Source: a virus. From it: 64,000 bases of DNA. The notes under the pieces were generated by a model. The model was not told the origin of the DNA. It saw nothing but the letters and a program-made list of their open reading frames with translations, and did not search any database. Below are positions 16,393 through 27,684 of the stretch, piece after piece. The stretch spans positions 1 to 64,000 of the IMG/VR virus record IMGVR_UViG_3300043251_000023, one strand, 5' to 3'. Within the stretch, counting starts at the first letter, position 1. Each line of letters opens with the position of its first letter. A program made the position numbers and the translations under genes.

Positions 16393-16764
16393 ATGCCGCG
16401 GAATATCTCTTTCGCCATGACGACCGAGCAGGTCCGCAAGCGCACCAAGACAGTGACTCGGCGCATGGGCTGGAAAAACCTTAGGCAGGGCGAAGTCCTC
16501 ACGGCTGTCGTCAAGTGCCAGGGCCTCAAGAAGGGTGAGAGGGTCGAGACATTGGCGACGATCCGAGTGAAGGACGCGCGCCGGGAATTTCTCGACCGCA
16601 TGGAGGCCGATCCGGTCTACGGCTTGCAGGAGTGCGCTCGCGAAGGTTTCGATTTTTCTCATCCGATGGGTACGCCAGCCAGTTTCATCGACGGTTTCTG
16701 CGCATCACATAAGGGCTGCAGGTCGGACAGCATAGTGACGCGGATCGAATTCGAATACGTCTAG
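16393..16764 (+). CDS. ASCH/PUA-like domain protein
   Basis: MPRNISF...KTVTRR.GW...AREGF...VTRIEFEY. Confidence 0.7.
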   Translation: MPRNISFAMTTEQVRKRTKTVTRRMGWKNLRQGEVLTAVVKCQGLKKGERVETLATIRVKDARREFLDRMEADPVYGLQECAREGFDFSHPMGTPASFIDGFCASHKGCRSDSIVTRIEFEYV

Positions 16765-17008
16765 CGACATATCAGTAGCAGGGAGATTAAAATGACGGAT
16801 GCCGAACTTTCGGAGTTGAGATACGCAGAACGCAACCACGGTAGAAATTTTGTGACTGCACTCGAAAACGAACCGCACAACATCATTATCAACAGCCTTA
16901 CCGAACGCGGCTTCTTTCGTGACGGCGGCCCATCGGCATCTGGCCGCTGGCGTGAACTCACACCGCTCGGACGTTCGGCACTTGGCCGTTAATCAGTAGT
17001 TTTCCGCC

Positions 17009-17473
17009 ATGACCGACTGGCAGATCAGATCGATGGAATTGGGGGATGTTCCGGCTGCGATCGCGGTTGGTCAAATGTCATATGGAGACGAAGTTGTTCC
17101 GCTATTCAACACCAACATCGAGAGTGACTTGCTGGATGCCTTCTCTACCGCGGCCAAGCGCCCGACCTATTTTGTTGCGGAACATGACGGGGCGCCAATT
17201 GGCTTTGCCGGATGGTGCAGGAGTTACCTGACATGGAAGGTTGCCGTTTTTAGTTACTGCCACATTCTTCCTACATGGCAGCGTCTAGGCTTAGGGCGGG
17301 CGTTCGTCGAAACTCGTCTAATGGACATTCACAATCGCGCCCCGGAAATCACAATGATACTCGTCAATACATGGGCTACAGACATCTATAGACGCTACGG
17401 CTTTAAGTCTCTCGTTTTCGACGACGAGGCGTTCGACGAGGGGCACTTGATGAAGATGATGTTGGCGCAATAA
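17009..17473 (+). CDS. GNAT acetyltransferase
   Basis: ILPTWQRLGLGRA acetyl-CoA motif; YRRYGF. Confidence 0.8.
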   Translation: MTDWQIRSMELGDVPAAIAVGQMSYGDEVVPLFNTNIESDLLDAFSTAAKRPTYFVAEHDGAPIGFAGWCRSYLTWKVAVFSYCHILPTWQRLGLGRAFVETRLMDIHNRAPEITMILVNTWATDIYRRYGFKSLVFDDEAFDEGHLMKMMLAQ

Positions 17474-18122
17474 CATCACATAAGCAGGCAGACGCCATGA
17501 ACGATCTTACCGACGAATGGAAAATCCCGGAGCAGCATCCCATTTTCAAGATCGGGCCGCTGTCCTACTACTGGCTTTGGATTAATGAAGGGACCGAACA
17601 CCAGCACAGAGGCTTTGTGCTCAACTGGCACACGCGCAAGCGAATGATCTACTTGACCGACTGGACATGGTGGCGACCGTTCAAACTATTTCCCCTCGCC
17701 ATGATTGCGAGCCTCGACATAACGAACAGGCGCTAAACCCCCAACAGCAGGCAACTCCAATGGCAACGCCAAATGTAACGATGGAAACAAGGGCTGCCGC
17801 CGAAGCGGTCTATTTTTTGTGGCAGACGTTTTCGCCCAGCGACGCCCCGCGGTCGCTTCAACAATGGGTCGATGCGCTAGAGAAAAAATGGCCCGATCTT
17901 TCCGCATCGCTTTTCACCGCAGCTCGGGACGAGTAACGATGACAATATTGGGAATCAATTGTGCTGTGTGTGGCAAGCCCTGCAAGTGGGTAAGTGCCGA
18001 CTCGAACGGCATGGCGCCAAACAAATTCGGCGGCTGGTATTGTGAGCCATGCGATACCTATTCCGAAACCGATGTGGGAGTGGAAGAATAACGCCGAGTT
18101 AACGCCCAAATGAAAGCCGTCG

Positions 18123-18536
18123 ATGTCTAGGCACCACATGAAAGCGAGCGCCAAAAAGAGGGTCAATATCTTCGACGCCTGCGAGCGCGCGGGCAAGGTG
18201 ATACTCGATGCCGGCTTTGAGTTTCGGTATCAGTCCAAGATCACCGAGACCAAATACTACGGCCTGCCCGGTCGTCCGCATAATATCCGCGTGTCGTGCC
18301 ACAAGTCGAAACGCGGGCCGATAGGGATGCCGGAGACAGTCGCCAAGATCACGTTTCACGCTGGCGGTTGCGAGACGCCGAACTGCATCGCTATCTCGGA
18401 CGAGGCATTCGAACACATGGTTGCTGTCGCGATTGGCTTCTACGTCATGAAATCGAACGGACCAATGCGGTCAAGTTGGAACGGTAAGAAGGGCACATGG
18501 GAAGCATCTCATGGCGCTGCTACAATTTCCGTCTAA
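18123..18536 (+). CDS. hypothetical protein
   Basis: YY...IRVSCH motif; one of a run of short tandem ORFs (16792-16992, 17497-17736, 17760-17936, 17939-18091, 18559-18840, 18830-19111, 19132-19392). Confidence 0.5.
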   Translation: MSRHHMKASAKKRVNIFDACERAGKVILDAGFEFRYQSKITETKYYGLPGRPHNIRVSCHKSKRGPIGMPETVAKITFHAGGCETPNCIAISDEAFEHMVAVAIGFYVMKSNGPMRSSWNGKKGTWEASHGAATISV

Positions 18537-19583
18537 TCCCTGAACAGCAGGAAGAACCATGAGAACCGATGAGGCAATGAAGGTCGAGACCATTGCGCAG
18601 CTTCACGATACGGCCTGCCATGAGGTCGCGCGCCTCACTGAGCTCCGCGAATCAGACGCGAAGGTGATCGCGGCGTTGAGGGCAACAATTCTGAACATCG
18701 GCGATCTTGCGGACAAGGCCACTCATGGCGGCGGTACTACTTTCTTGTATGGCGTCACACTGCGGGATATTATTTTCCGATGCGCTACGGCGTTATCGCC
18801 GACAGGTGAGCAGACAGCAGGGAGAAGCAATGATGTTTAAGGACGTGCTCTTTATCGACAATCCTCGTTCGTGGCCGCCGTGTGAGCCAGCGTCCGATCC
18901 GGACTGGATCAAGCACGTTCATTGTGACAGCGCTCGATGGCATACGCCGTCATGGGGCTTGTATCATAGCTGGCGCGGTGAGCGCGCGATTGAGCGATGT
19001 TCGCAGGCTTGTTGTATCGTCAACAAAATAGCCGCTGAACAACTTGCTGAAATCGGCATAAAGGCCACCTTTGTCACACACAAAGACGGCAAGATACTTC
19101 CGCGTTCATAAGCGATTAGCCGGGAGAACCCATGAGCACAGCAGAACAGATTGTTAATCGAGCGCTCCAAAAAGTCGGTCGCGATCCTCGCATCGATCCC
19201 AAGCCAGGTGATATCGTGCGCTCGGATTATCCGTCGATTGGCGAGCGCCATGTAATCCATGCGAACGAATGTGGCGTTTCCTATTGGCGCATTCGGCCTA
19301 ACGGTAGGCGATATGATGGGTACTGCCTCCCCGGCATTTGGCAAAAATGGTGCCGAGGCCATAGGGCCGCTATCATCCAAACAGGCGGTTAATGGCCAAT
19401 AAGCACGGAGAAAATCATGGGCTACAAAATGTCGCTCTATTCTTGCACCTGCCGGATGAACTCGGTCAATTCGGCGTCGCTCGATCCGCCCGAGCCGATC
19501 CTTGATCCGTGGTGCCCGATCCACGGCAAAGACCCTGATGTGGAATACGAAAAACGACGCGACGACGCGCTGTGGGATCGGAA

Positions 19584-19886
19584 ATGAGCGATCTTGCTCT
19601 CGCCCTCGACTACAATCCCTTTGACGGGGATTTTGGTGATGTCGGTGATCGCGAACTACGCGACAAGATCGTGCAATTCAGGAAGCCACGCCGATGCCAT
19701 TGCTGCGGTCATAACGTCAAGCCGGGCACGACCGGGAGAAGCCTTACCATGCTGTGGATGAGCGACGGGATTATGTCCTACGCCTACTGTCACGAATGCA
19801 CCGAAGCGCAAGCCAAGTCGTGGACCGATGAAGGAAGGGCGCTCGACAAACGCTTCGCTCTGCGCGGCCGAGCAAAAGCCGGTTAA
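19584..19886 (+). CDS. zinc-finger hypothetical protein
   Basis: RKPRRCHCC...YCHEC. Confidence 0.55.
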   Translation: MSDLALALDYNPFDGDFGDVGDRELRDKIVQFRKPRRCHCCGHNVKPGTTGRSLTMLWMSDGIMSYAYCHECTEAQAKSWTDEGRALDKRFALRGRAKAG

Positions 19887-19975
19887 CAAGAGATCAGCCT
19901 CTTGCCTCCAGCCCCTGTTCCCACTAAAAGCCCGGCTAGTGGCGTAACGCAGTGATGCGTGAGTCCCTTTTCCCC

Positions 19976-20015
19976 GAGGCGGTCCGGAATAAACCCCGGG
20001 CCGCCTTTCCTTTTT
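19976..20015 (+). terminator. putative intrinsic terminator ending the accessory region
   Basis: AGGCGGTCCGG/CCGGGCCGCCT hairpin followed by TTCCTTTTT. Confidence 0.5.
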
Positions 20016-20486
20016 CAGGGATCCGCCGCTAAGATCGTTCGCATGGGAATCACCATAACCGCCGACGAATCCATGGTGCCCCCGCGCCCGACTGCGCTCG
20101 TCCTGACCTGCGACGGGGACCATGGCGACCTCTTCGGTACGATCACCGGAACGTTCATGCACGCCGACGGCTTTGCCGCCGAGCACGCCCTTGCCATGCG
20201 CGCCGGCTGGAAAGAGCGGGACGGCAAAGGCCGGGGGCGTCCATGGCTATGCCCGCTCTGCTCAGGAAAGTAGCGCCCCGATCGTCACCGCCCAGACCGC
20301 GACCGTCGCCAAGAACGCCGACAGGGCGACCAACTCCTCCGGGCCCAGCAATATCCAGATCATCCACAGTTTACGCATGGCTATCCTCGTTAAGTGAACG
20401 AGAATCACCGTAGCCCCGAAGGGTTTAAGCTTTCCTAATCAGGAGCCCTCGCCAAACCTATCCGAACCTATATGCTCGGAGACGCT

Positions 20487-21134
20487 ATGGATGAGACCCT
20501 TAAATCCCCGCCAGAGGCCCCGGGACGGCCCACAGAGGCCCTGCCCGTTGCGCCAAAGCTGACCAAGGCAGGTCGGCCGCGCAAAAAAACGGGCCCACCC
20601 AAGGGCGTCCGGCCTGGCGGCAAACAGAAGGGGTCGAAGAACAAGGCCACGCTCGCCCGGGAAAAGCAGGTGCGGGAGGAACTTGAGCGGCTGAAGGCGC
20701 AAGAGGCGGCCGCGCAGGCCGCTATCGCGGCGGAGGTTGAGAAGGCAACGGGCAAGCCGCCGGTATCGGGCAAGGACGTGCTGATCCAGCTTGTGAGCGT
20801 CTACATGGGGCTGACGGCGCTTTACCAACCGTGGGCGCAGTGGAGCGTGGTCAACGGGGTGCGCACGAACTCGAACCCAAATTATGACGAGGCCATGTTC
20901 CGGCACTATTCAGCGATGGCGAAGGAAACCGCGGCGGTCCTTACGCCGTTCCAGCACCCGCGCTATTCGGCGATGGTCGTCGGGGCATCGGTCGTCACCA
21001 AGGTCGAAATCGACGGCGGCTTCCCGTCCGATTTCAGGGCGCCGGTCGGGCTCGGGACCGTGTTGCCAGCCCTCACCGTGATTTCAGCAGAGGATGAGGA
21101 ACCGCCGGCGTTGCCGAAGGTCGTGAACGAATGA
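20487..21134 (+). CDS. terminase small subunit (probable)
   Basis: GGKQKGSKNK motif and LTPFQHPR; directly upstream of TerL. Confidence 0.65.
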   Translation: MDETLKSPPEAPGRPTEALPVAPKLTKAGRPRKKTGPPKGVRPGGKQKGSKNKATLAREKQVREELERLKAQEAAAQAAIAAEVEKATGKPPVSGKDVLIQLVSVYMGLTALYQPWAQWSVVNGVRTNSNPNYDEAMFRHYSAMAKETAAVLTPFQHPRYSAMVVGASVVTKVEIDGGFPSDFRAPVGLGTVLPALTVISAEDEEPPALPKVVNE

Positions 21135-21198
21135 GGGCTTTCGTGCGAATGCTGGTCGAAGGGTGTCGTCTCCGCCGTGCACAGCGGAGATGGCGCCG

Positions 21199-22545
21199 AT
21201 GAGCGACGTCGGCATGGTGCCGTTCGAGGCGCAGACCGCCCGCGTGACGCTCCCCACGTTCCACCCCGCCCAGGCGAAGCTCCGCTGGCTCATGTCCCAA
21301 GCGCCCTACGTCGTGGCCCGCTGCGGTCGCCGGTGGGGCAAGAACGTGATCGGCGAATCGGTGGCGATCGATGACGCCGCGAAAGGCCGCTACGTCGGCT
21401 GGTTCGCCCCGGAGCGGAATCGGCTTCTCGAATCCTACAACGTGATCGTCGAGGCGCTCGACCCGATCAAGAAAAGCTCGGACAAGACGCACGGCATCAT
21501 CCGGACGATTACTGGCGGCCGCGTTGATTTCTGGTCGCTCGAGGACGAGAACGCTGGGCGCTCCCGAAAGTATCACCGTGTCATCGGCGACGAGATCGCT
21601 TTCACCAAGCCCAACACGATCGATATCTGGACCAAGTCGATCAAGCCGACGCTTCTCGACTACGGCGGCCGGGCATTGATGATGTCGAATACAAACGGGA
21701 TCGACAGCACCAATTTCCTATATGCGCTGTGCCATGACGCCGCCTACGGGTTTGTCCAGTTTCATGCGCCGACCCAATCAAATCCGTTCCTGCCTAGAGA
21801 GGCCGTGGAGGCGTTGCAAAGGGACAATCTGCCGCTGGTTTATCAGCAAGAGTTCCTCGCAGAATTTGTCGACTGGTCAGGATCCGCCTTTTTCTCGCGG
21901 GATAAGCTGTTGGTGAATGGCGAGCCGATGGATATGCCGATCCGCTGCGAAGCGGTCTATGCGGTCATTGATTCTGCCACGAAAACCGGCAAGACGAACG
22001 ATGGCACCGGCGTGGTGTTTTTCGCCCTAATCCGCAATCACATCCGGCCAGTCGGTGTGGACGGCCAAGTCGGCCCTGCCTATCGGCTAGTCATCGTCGA
22101 CTGGGATCTGGTCCAGATCGAAGGCGCGCTGCTCGAGACGTGGTTGCCGACGGTCTTTCAAATCCTCGGCGACCTTGCGGCAAAATGCCAAGCCAACCGC
22201 GGAAGCCTCGGCGTTTTCATCGAGGACAAATCGTCGGGCATGATCCTGCTGCAGCAGGCGCGACGTCGCGGCTGGCCCGCGTTCCCGATCGAATCGCCGC
22301 TGACAAAGGTGGGCAAGGACGAGCGTTGTATTTCGGTTTCTGGCTACGTTTACCAGGAGCTTTGCAAGATAGCGCGCCCGGCCTACGACAAGGTCACAAA
22401 TTACAAGGGGACCGTGCGGAATCATCTTCTCGGCCAGGTCGTCGGTTTTCGGGTCGGGGACAAGGATTCCACACGCGAAGATGACCTGACCGACTGTTTC
22501 GCGTATGGTCTGGCGATCGCGCTTGGAAACGCAGAGGGATTCTGA
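21199..22545 (+). CDS. terL: terminase large subunit
   Basis: Walker A RCGRRWGK, Walker B VIGDE, QQEFLAEF, nuclease IDSA...D and DDLTD. Confidence 0.92.
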   Translation: MSDVGMVPFEAQTARVTLPTFHPAQAKLRWLMSQAPYVVARCGRRWGKNVIGESVAIDDAAKGRYVGWFAPERNRLLESYNVIVEALDPIKKSSDKTHGIIRTITGGRVDFWSLEDENAGRSRKYHRVIGDEIAFTKPNTIDIWTKSIKPTLLDYGGRALMMSNTNGIDSTNFLYALCHDAAYGFVQFHAPTQSNPFLPREAVEALQRDNLPLVYQQEFLAEFVDWSGSAFFSRDKLLVNGEPMDMPIRCEAVYAVIDSATKTGKTNDGTGVVFFALIRNHIRPVGVDGQVGPAYRLVIVDWDLVQIEGALLETWLPTVFQILGDLAAKCQANRGSLGVFIEDKSSGMILLQQARRRGWPAFPIESPLTKVGKDERCISVSGYVYQELCKIARPAYDKVTNYKGTVRNHLLGQVVGFRVGDKDSTREDDLTDCFAYGLAIALGNAEGF

Positions 22546-22908
22546 TGTGGACGACGGCTTTCGTCATCGCTTTCCTCGCCGCGCTGTGGGTCGTGTGGGC
22601 GCTGATCTTCTGGGGCAAGGCGCCGAACGCGACGGAGGTCGCTGGGCGGCGCCTCGTCAACCAGGCCCGGCGCCGACGGCCGTTCTGATTCAACAGGGAG
22701 AGACTACGATGGACGACAGGGAAATTCGCGTTCGATGTATCGAAGCTGCGGTGAAGATGGCGGAATCAGTTAGGGCGAGCGGATATATCGCTTTTGACCC
22801 GCTCGACAAGGCCAAGCAGTTCTATGCCTGGGCCACCGAACCGGCACCGAGAATTATCGATCTAATGGGCGTGAAGTCGCCCACAGATGCCGCAGAGAGG
22901 AGCGCGCA

Positions 22909-23268
22909 GTGACCGAATCTCCAATGAACGGCGCTGCTACCGAGGAGCAAGTCCTCCCCGCGCTCCCCGATGCCCAGGCCGCGCCGAAGGTCGACCCGAA
23001 CGCCGCGATCGACGCGCAGCTCGGGCCCATCGTCGGCGTCATGGTCCGCGGCATCATGTCGGGCGCAACCGGGATTTCCCCGGCCATCATCCTCAATGCC
23101 ATCGCCCGGCAGACCGGCAAGATGCTGGCGCTGAGCGTGGCCGGAAATCCGGTCGACCAGGTCGCCAAGGCGCGGCGCGATTTTGCGGACTCATTCCGCG
23201 ACGGCCTCGCCAAGGTCTCGATTCTGCAGGCGGGGAACCTGCCGCAGCAGCCACCGCCCCGAGGATAG
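22909..23268 (+). CDS. hypothetical protein
   Basis: GAGGAG RBS before GTG; lies between TerL and portal (as does 22709-22912). Confidence 0.5.
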   Translation: MTESPMNGAATEEQVLPALPDAQAAPKVDPNAAIDAQLGPIVGVMVRGIMSGATGISPAIILNAIARQTGKMLALSVAGNPVDQVAKARRDFADSFRDGLAKVSILQAGNLPQQPPPRG

Positions 23269-23271
23269 CGA

Positions 23272-24837
23272 ATGTTCGGCCAGATCGACGTCAACGGCTC
23301 ATCGCTCGGCAACGCTCTTTCCGAGATGCTCACCTTCCCCGATATTGAACCGGGTGACCTCCCATCTTATGAAATATGTAAAACCATCTGGTTATTCCAC
23401 GTACTCGGGAAAAAATTAGTTGAAGGCCCGATCACGCTCGCGCAGTCGCAACCGCGCGAAATCGCTATTCCAGATTCACCAGAGGACCACGTCCGCGATC
23501 AGTTCGTACGGCAATGGGAAGCTGACCGTTGTGATGAAGTAATTTACAACGTGGTGTCAGTCTCGCGGGCCTATGGCATTGGTACGCTGGCAGTCGTGGC
23601 TGAAGGCGTCGACCCAAGTGAGCCAATTGAATCTGACAAGCTCGCCGACCTGCAAATCGCATTCTCCGTCTTCGACCCGCTGAACACCGCGGGTAGCCTC
23701 GTGCTGAACCAGAACCCGAACTCGATCGATTTCATGAAAGTGACGGCGATCTCGGTATCGGGCAAGCCTTATCACCGCTCTCGTACCGTTACGATCATGA
23801 ACGAGCGGCCGGTCTATATCGCCTACACGCCGTCGGCGTTCGGTTTCGTGGGGCGGTCGGTATTCCAGCGTGCGCTGTTCCCGCTAAAATCCTTTATCCA
23901 GACGATGCTGACCGATGACCTTGTGACCAAGAAGGCTGGGGTGTTCATCCTCAAGCTGTCGACGGCCGGGGCAATTATCGATCAGATCATGCAGGCGTCC
24001 GCTTCGCTTAAGAGGTTCTTCATCAAGATCGCGACTATCGGCAACGTGATCTCCGTCGGGAAGGACGAGGAAGTCGAGACGCTGAACATGCAGAACATCG
24101 ACAAGGCGTTTGGCATGGCGCGGACGAACATTTTGGAGAACATCGCGACGGCGGCGGACATGCCGGCGATCATTTTGAAGCAGGAGACCTTCGCGGAAGG
24201 CTTTGGAGAAGGCACCGAGGACGCGAAGATGGTCGCGGGCTTCATCGATTCGTTCCGCCGCCACGTCGCCCCGGTCTATTCGTTCATGGACCGGATCACG
24301 ATGCGGCGGGCTTGGAACAAGGATTTTTACAAGACGATCCAGAAGAAATTCCCCGAGGCTTACGGGGATATGCGCTACGAGGATGCGTTTTATCAGTGGT
24401 CGCAGTCGTTCACGGCGAAGTGGCCGAACCTGCTGACCGAGCCGGATTCGGAAAAGGTCAAGACCGATGACGTCAAGCTGAAGGCGATCATCGCGACGGT
24501 CGAGGTCTTCGGCCCGATGCTCGACCCGGAGAACAAGGCGACACTGATCGGGTGGGCGCAGGACAACATCAACCAGAACAAGCTAATGTTCCAGGAGCCG
24601 ATGATCCTCGACCTGGAGGCGCTGAAGAACTACGAGCCGCCTGTCCCGGCTACGGAGCCCAACGAGCCGAAGCCGTTCGCGGCGACCGATTCGGCTACCG
24701 CCCGCTCCGTCCGCCGCCGCGTCATGCGCAAGCTCGACGACGCCGAACTCGACGACCTTGTGACGATGATGAGCCAGAACCCGGCTGGTCTTCCAAAGCC
24801 AAACGGCCACATCAAAGCCCTGGCGCCGCCGAACTAG
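23272..24837 (+). CDS. portal protein (DUF1073-like)
   Basis: 521 aa after TerL; SRAYG, IATAADMP...GFGEGTED motifs. Confidence 0.85.
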   Translation: MFGQIDVNGSSLGNALSEMLTFPDIEPGDLPSYEICKTIWLFHVLGKKLVEGPITLAQSQPREIAIPDSPEDHVRDQFVRQWEADRCDEVIYNVVSVSRAYGIGTLAVVAEGVDPSEPIESDKLADLQIAFSVFDPLNTAGSLVLNQNPNSIDFMKVTAISVSGKPYHRSRTVTIMNERPVYIAYTPSAFGFVGRSVFQRALFPLKSFIQTMLTDDLVTKKAGVFILKLSTAGAIIDQIMQASASLKRFFIKIATIGNVISVGKDEEVETLNMQNIDKAFGMARTNILENIATAADMPAIILKQETFAEGFGEGTEDAKMVAGFIDSFRRHVAPVYSFMDRITMRRAWNKDFYKTIQKKFPEAYGDMRYEDAFYQWSQSFTAKWPNLLTEPDSEKVKTDDVKLKAIIATVEVFGPMLDPENKATLIGWAQDNINQNKLMFQEPMILDLEALKNYEPPVPATEPNEPKPFAATDSATARSVRRRVMRKLDDAELDDLVTMMSQNPAGLPKPNGHIKALAPPN

Positions 24838-24889
24838 ACTTAGGCCCTCGAATGGGCTAAAAATCCCATGTTCAACAGGGAGAGGCGCC

Positions 24890-25267
24890 ATGATCCACGA
24901 AAATATGATGTTTGCCGATTTCAGCGAAGCTAATCGGCTACGCTGCGAATCGTCGGAAGGCTTTAACCACAAACTTTCCGATTGGAGCACATCCGATTGG
25001 ATGACGGCTATCATGGGAGAACTTGGTGAGGCGGCGAATGTCGCCAAAAAACTTAACCGTATCCGCGACGGAATCCCCGGCAACAAAGAAACCGAGAAAG
25101 AATTACGCGGTAAACTCTTCAGTGAACTCGGCGACACATTTGTCTATCTCGACCTGCTTTGCCAGTCGCTCGGCTTCACCATTGGGGAAGCTGCTTGCAT
25201 GGTATTTGAACGCAAATCGCTTGAGATCGGCTATCCTCGATCCTTGCAAAAGGTTCGCAGAGAATGA
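24890..25267 (+). CDS. MazG-like nucleotide pyrophosphohydrolase
   Basis: GELGEAANVAKK...ELGDTFVYLDLL. Confidence 0.85.
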   Translation: MIHENMMFADFSEANRLRCESSEGFNHKLSDWSTSDWMTAIMGELGEAANVAKKLNRIRDGIPGNKETEKELRGKLFSELGDTFVYLDLLCQSLGFTIGEAACMVFERKSLEIGYPRSLQKVRRE

Positions 25268-26489
25268 GCGCGCCCGGCAGCGGGGACGACGCGATCACGC
25301 TCAAGATGGCGGATCGCATCCGCAAGCTGGCGGTAGACGGCTACGTGCGAATCGAGGGCAACCGCTGGATTTTGACGCCGAAGGGCTGGGCGGTCCTCTT
25401 CGCCGAGGCGGAGCCGCCGATGTACAAGCCGAAGGGGAAGTCGCCGTGAGCAGTGCTCTGATCGTTGGCCTTTTTATCGGCGGTATTTTTTCCGCTGTGG
25501 TTCTATGGATTGACCATCAAGAGGCCATCCGTCACGAAAAATGGCATCGAGATTTTGGGGTGGGGAAGTTGCCATGACTGAAGCAGCGTGGATGACAGAA
25601 TTGATAAATGAGGCCCGAGCGATCAGCGCCCGGACAGACGCGACGATACGCGACCGGCGGAGTTTTGATCAGCGATGGCTGCGTTATAAAGCGCGGCTGG
25701 CTGAGAAAGAACGCGCAGAAAAAGAACAAAGAACTCGGATAAAATGGCCAGCGCCTAGAGAATTGGCTGCGTCTCGGCAGGTAATTTCCGAGTGGCGCGT
25801 GGACGATTCCGGTAATAGCTTTCGCTTCAATCGAGGGATTTGATGAATCTGGGCTGGCTACAGACACCACTCTCGAAAATCCGTTTTGTGCGGCGCCAAA
25901 ACCACCACAAAGCGGACCGCCCGCCCGGACCTAAACTACCAATTCCGGCACAAGCCGGAGTCCGTACCGGCCCGGAAGACCGGAAAATAGGGGTGTTCTG
26001 ATCGAGAAACCGATCTAACACAACCGCGCGAGCGGCGCATTCGCAGGATGAGGCCCTAGTTCTGGCAGGCCCATACCAGTGGGTTCCTTGATAGAAATAT
26101 CCAGGAGGCTGGGGCCTCATTTGCGAAGGAGTTAAGTATAGAAATCATGACCGCCAAGATCGTCCGCTACCCCGACCCGGACCGAAAGAGCCGCCACGCG
26201 GACTCGGTCGACCGCGACCTCGCCGACTCGGCGATAATCATCGTCCTGCCGATCATCCGGATCGAGCGGTACGCGGAGCCGAAGCCGCGCGTGAGGCGCA
26301 AGGCGCGAAGGAGGGAAACGTGAGCGAACGACCCCATTGCTGCAAAATCGGCTGCGATAAGCGCGCCGAATACGAAGTTCGATATGGTGTCAAACCGGAC
26401 GACTATGTTCACGCCTGTCTCGAACATATACCGGATTTGATGACGGACGCAGCGCGCCACTACATTGATAGAATCGAGCCGCCACGCTG

Positions 26490-27482
26490 ATGCCGAAGCA
26501 GCAGACCTTCCAGGACGTCCTCGCGGCCGCGATCAGCGATCTCGTAACGCACGGCTACGATTCGGCGGAGCGCGTCGAGAAGTGGGTCCGCGAACTCCGC
26601 ATGGCGGCCGAGCGGTCGCTGATCTCCGCGGCCTCACTCGAACAGCAACTCCGCGACGGCCTAGCCGCCGTCTACCGCCGGATGGTCGATCAAGGCGGCG
26701 CGCTCCGCTACAACCCCGGCGTCGAGCGGTTCACGCTGGAGAAACTCCGGCCGGCGCTGCGGGGGGAGTTGGACCGGCGGATTCTCGCGTCCGCGAATCT
26801 CATCAAGCTCAACCGTGCGCAGGCAATCGACAAGACGCTGCAACGCTTTCAGGGCTGGTCGACATCGATCCCGAAGGGCGGCGTGTCCGGCGAATCGCGC
26901 GCAGAGGTCAAGGCGAACGTCCGCAAGTCGCTCGCGTCGCTGACGTGGGAAGAGCGCCGAGTTGCCATCGATCAGGGCGCAAAACTCGTTGCGGCAATCA
27001 ACGATATTATCGCCGTCGATGGCGGAGCCATCGCAGGTTTCTGGGTGAGTCATTACAAACAGCAAGGCTACAATTTTAGGCCTGACCATGCCGAACGAGA
27101 TTCGCGAGAGAACGGCGGCCAGCCTTTCCTCATCCGAGACAGTTGGGCCGCGCGCGCCGGGTTCGTGAAAAAGGGAAAGTTGGGATATGCCGACGAGGTC
27201 ACCGCGCCAGCGCAAGAACCCTTCTGCCGGTGCTATTTTCGATTCGCGTACGCATTAAGAGATTTGCCGCCCGAGATGCTGACAGCCAAAGGCAAAGCCG
27301 CGCTCGCCTCCGTCCGTGGCGGCGAGGAAGTCCGTTCCGCCCGGCAGGCCCGCGCCGATTCGGCAGGTCCAGAGGTGGCCCCGAAGATCGGTCCCGAGGC
27401 GGAGCGGTATCGGCTGCAGAAAATGGTGGACGGCCTGAAGCGGGATTATGCGAGGATTTACGGGGGGCTACCGCCCGTCTAA
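26490..27482 (+). CDS. head morphogenesis (Mu gpF/SPP1 gp7-like) protein
   Basis: W...RPDHAERD...PAQEPFCRC; located after the portal. Confidence 0.8.
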   Translation: MPKQQTFQDVLAAAISDLVTHGYDSAERVEKWVRELRMAAERSLISAASLEQQLRDGLAAVYRRMVDQGGALRYNPGVERFTLEKLRPALRGELDRRILASANLIKLNRAQAIDKTLQRFQGWSTSIPKGGVSGESRAEVKANVRKSLASLTWEERRVAIDQGAKLVAAINDIIAVDGGAIAGFWVSHYKQQGYNFRPDHAERDSRENGGQPFLIRDSWAARAGFVKKGKLGYADEVTAPAQEPFCRCYFRFAYALRDLPPEMLTAKGKAALASVRGGEEVRSARQARADSAGPEVAPKIGPEAERYRLQKMVDGLKRDYARIYGGLPPV

Positions 27483-27684
27483 AATCGGCGAATCAACAGG
27501 GAAAATTTCCAATGCAATCTCTACTAGATGCGATATGGCAGGAAAGGCACCTTGTCGGGGTGGCCGCTGGCTATACGATATGCAATGCCTTTCACGGCAA
27601 CCTTGATCTTGTGCCGCTCAATATCGCCATTTCAATCGGTTATATTTGGGCCGTTCATCGCTGGCGCCCCTACAAGTTACTGCA

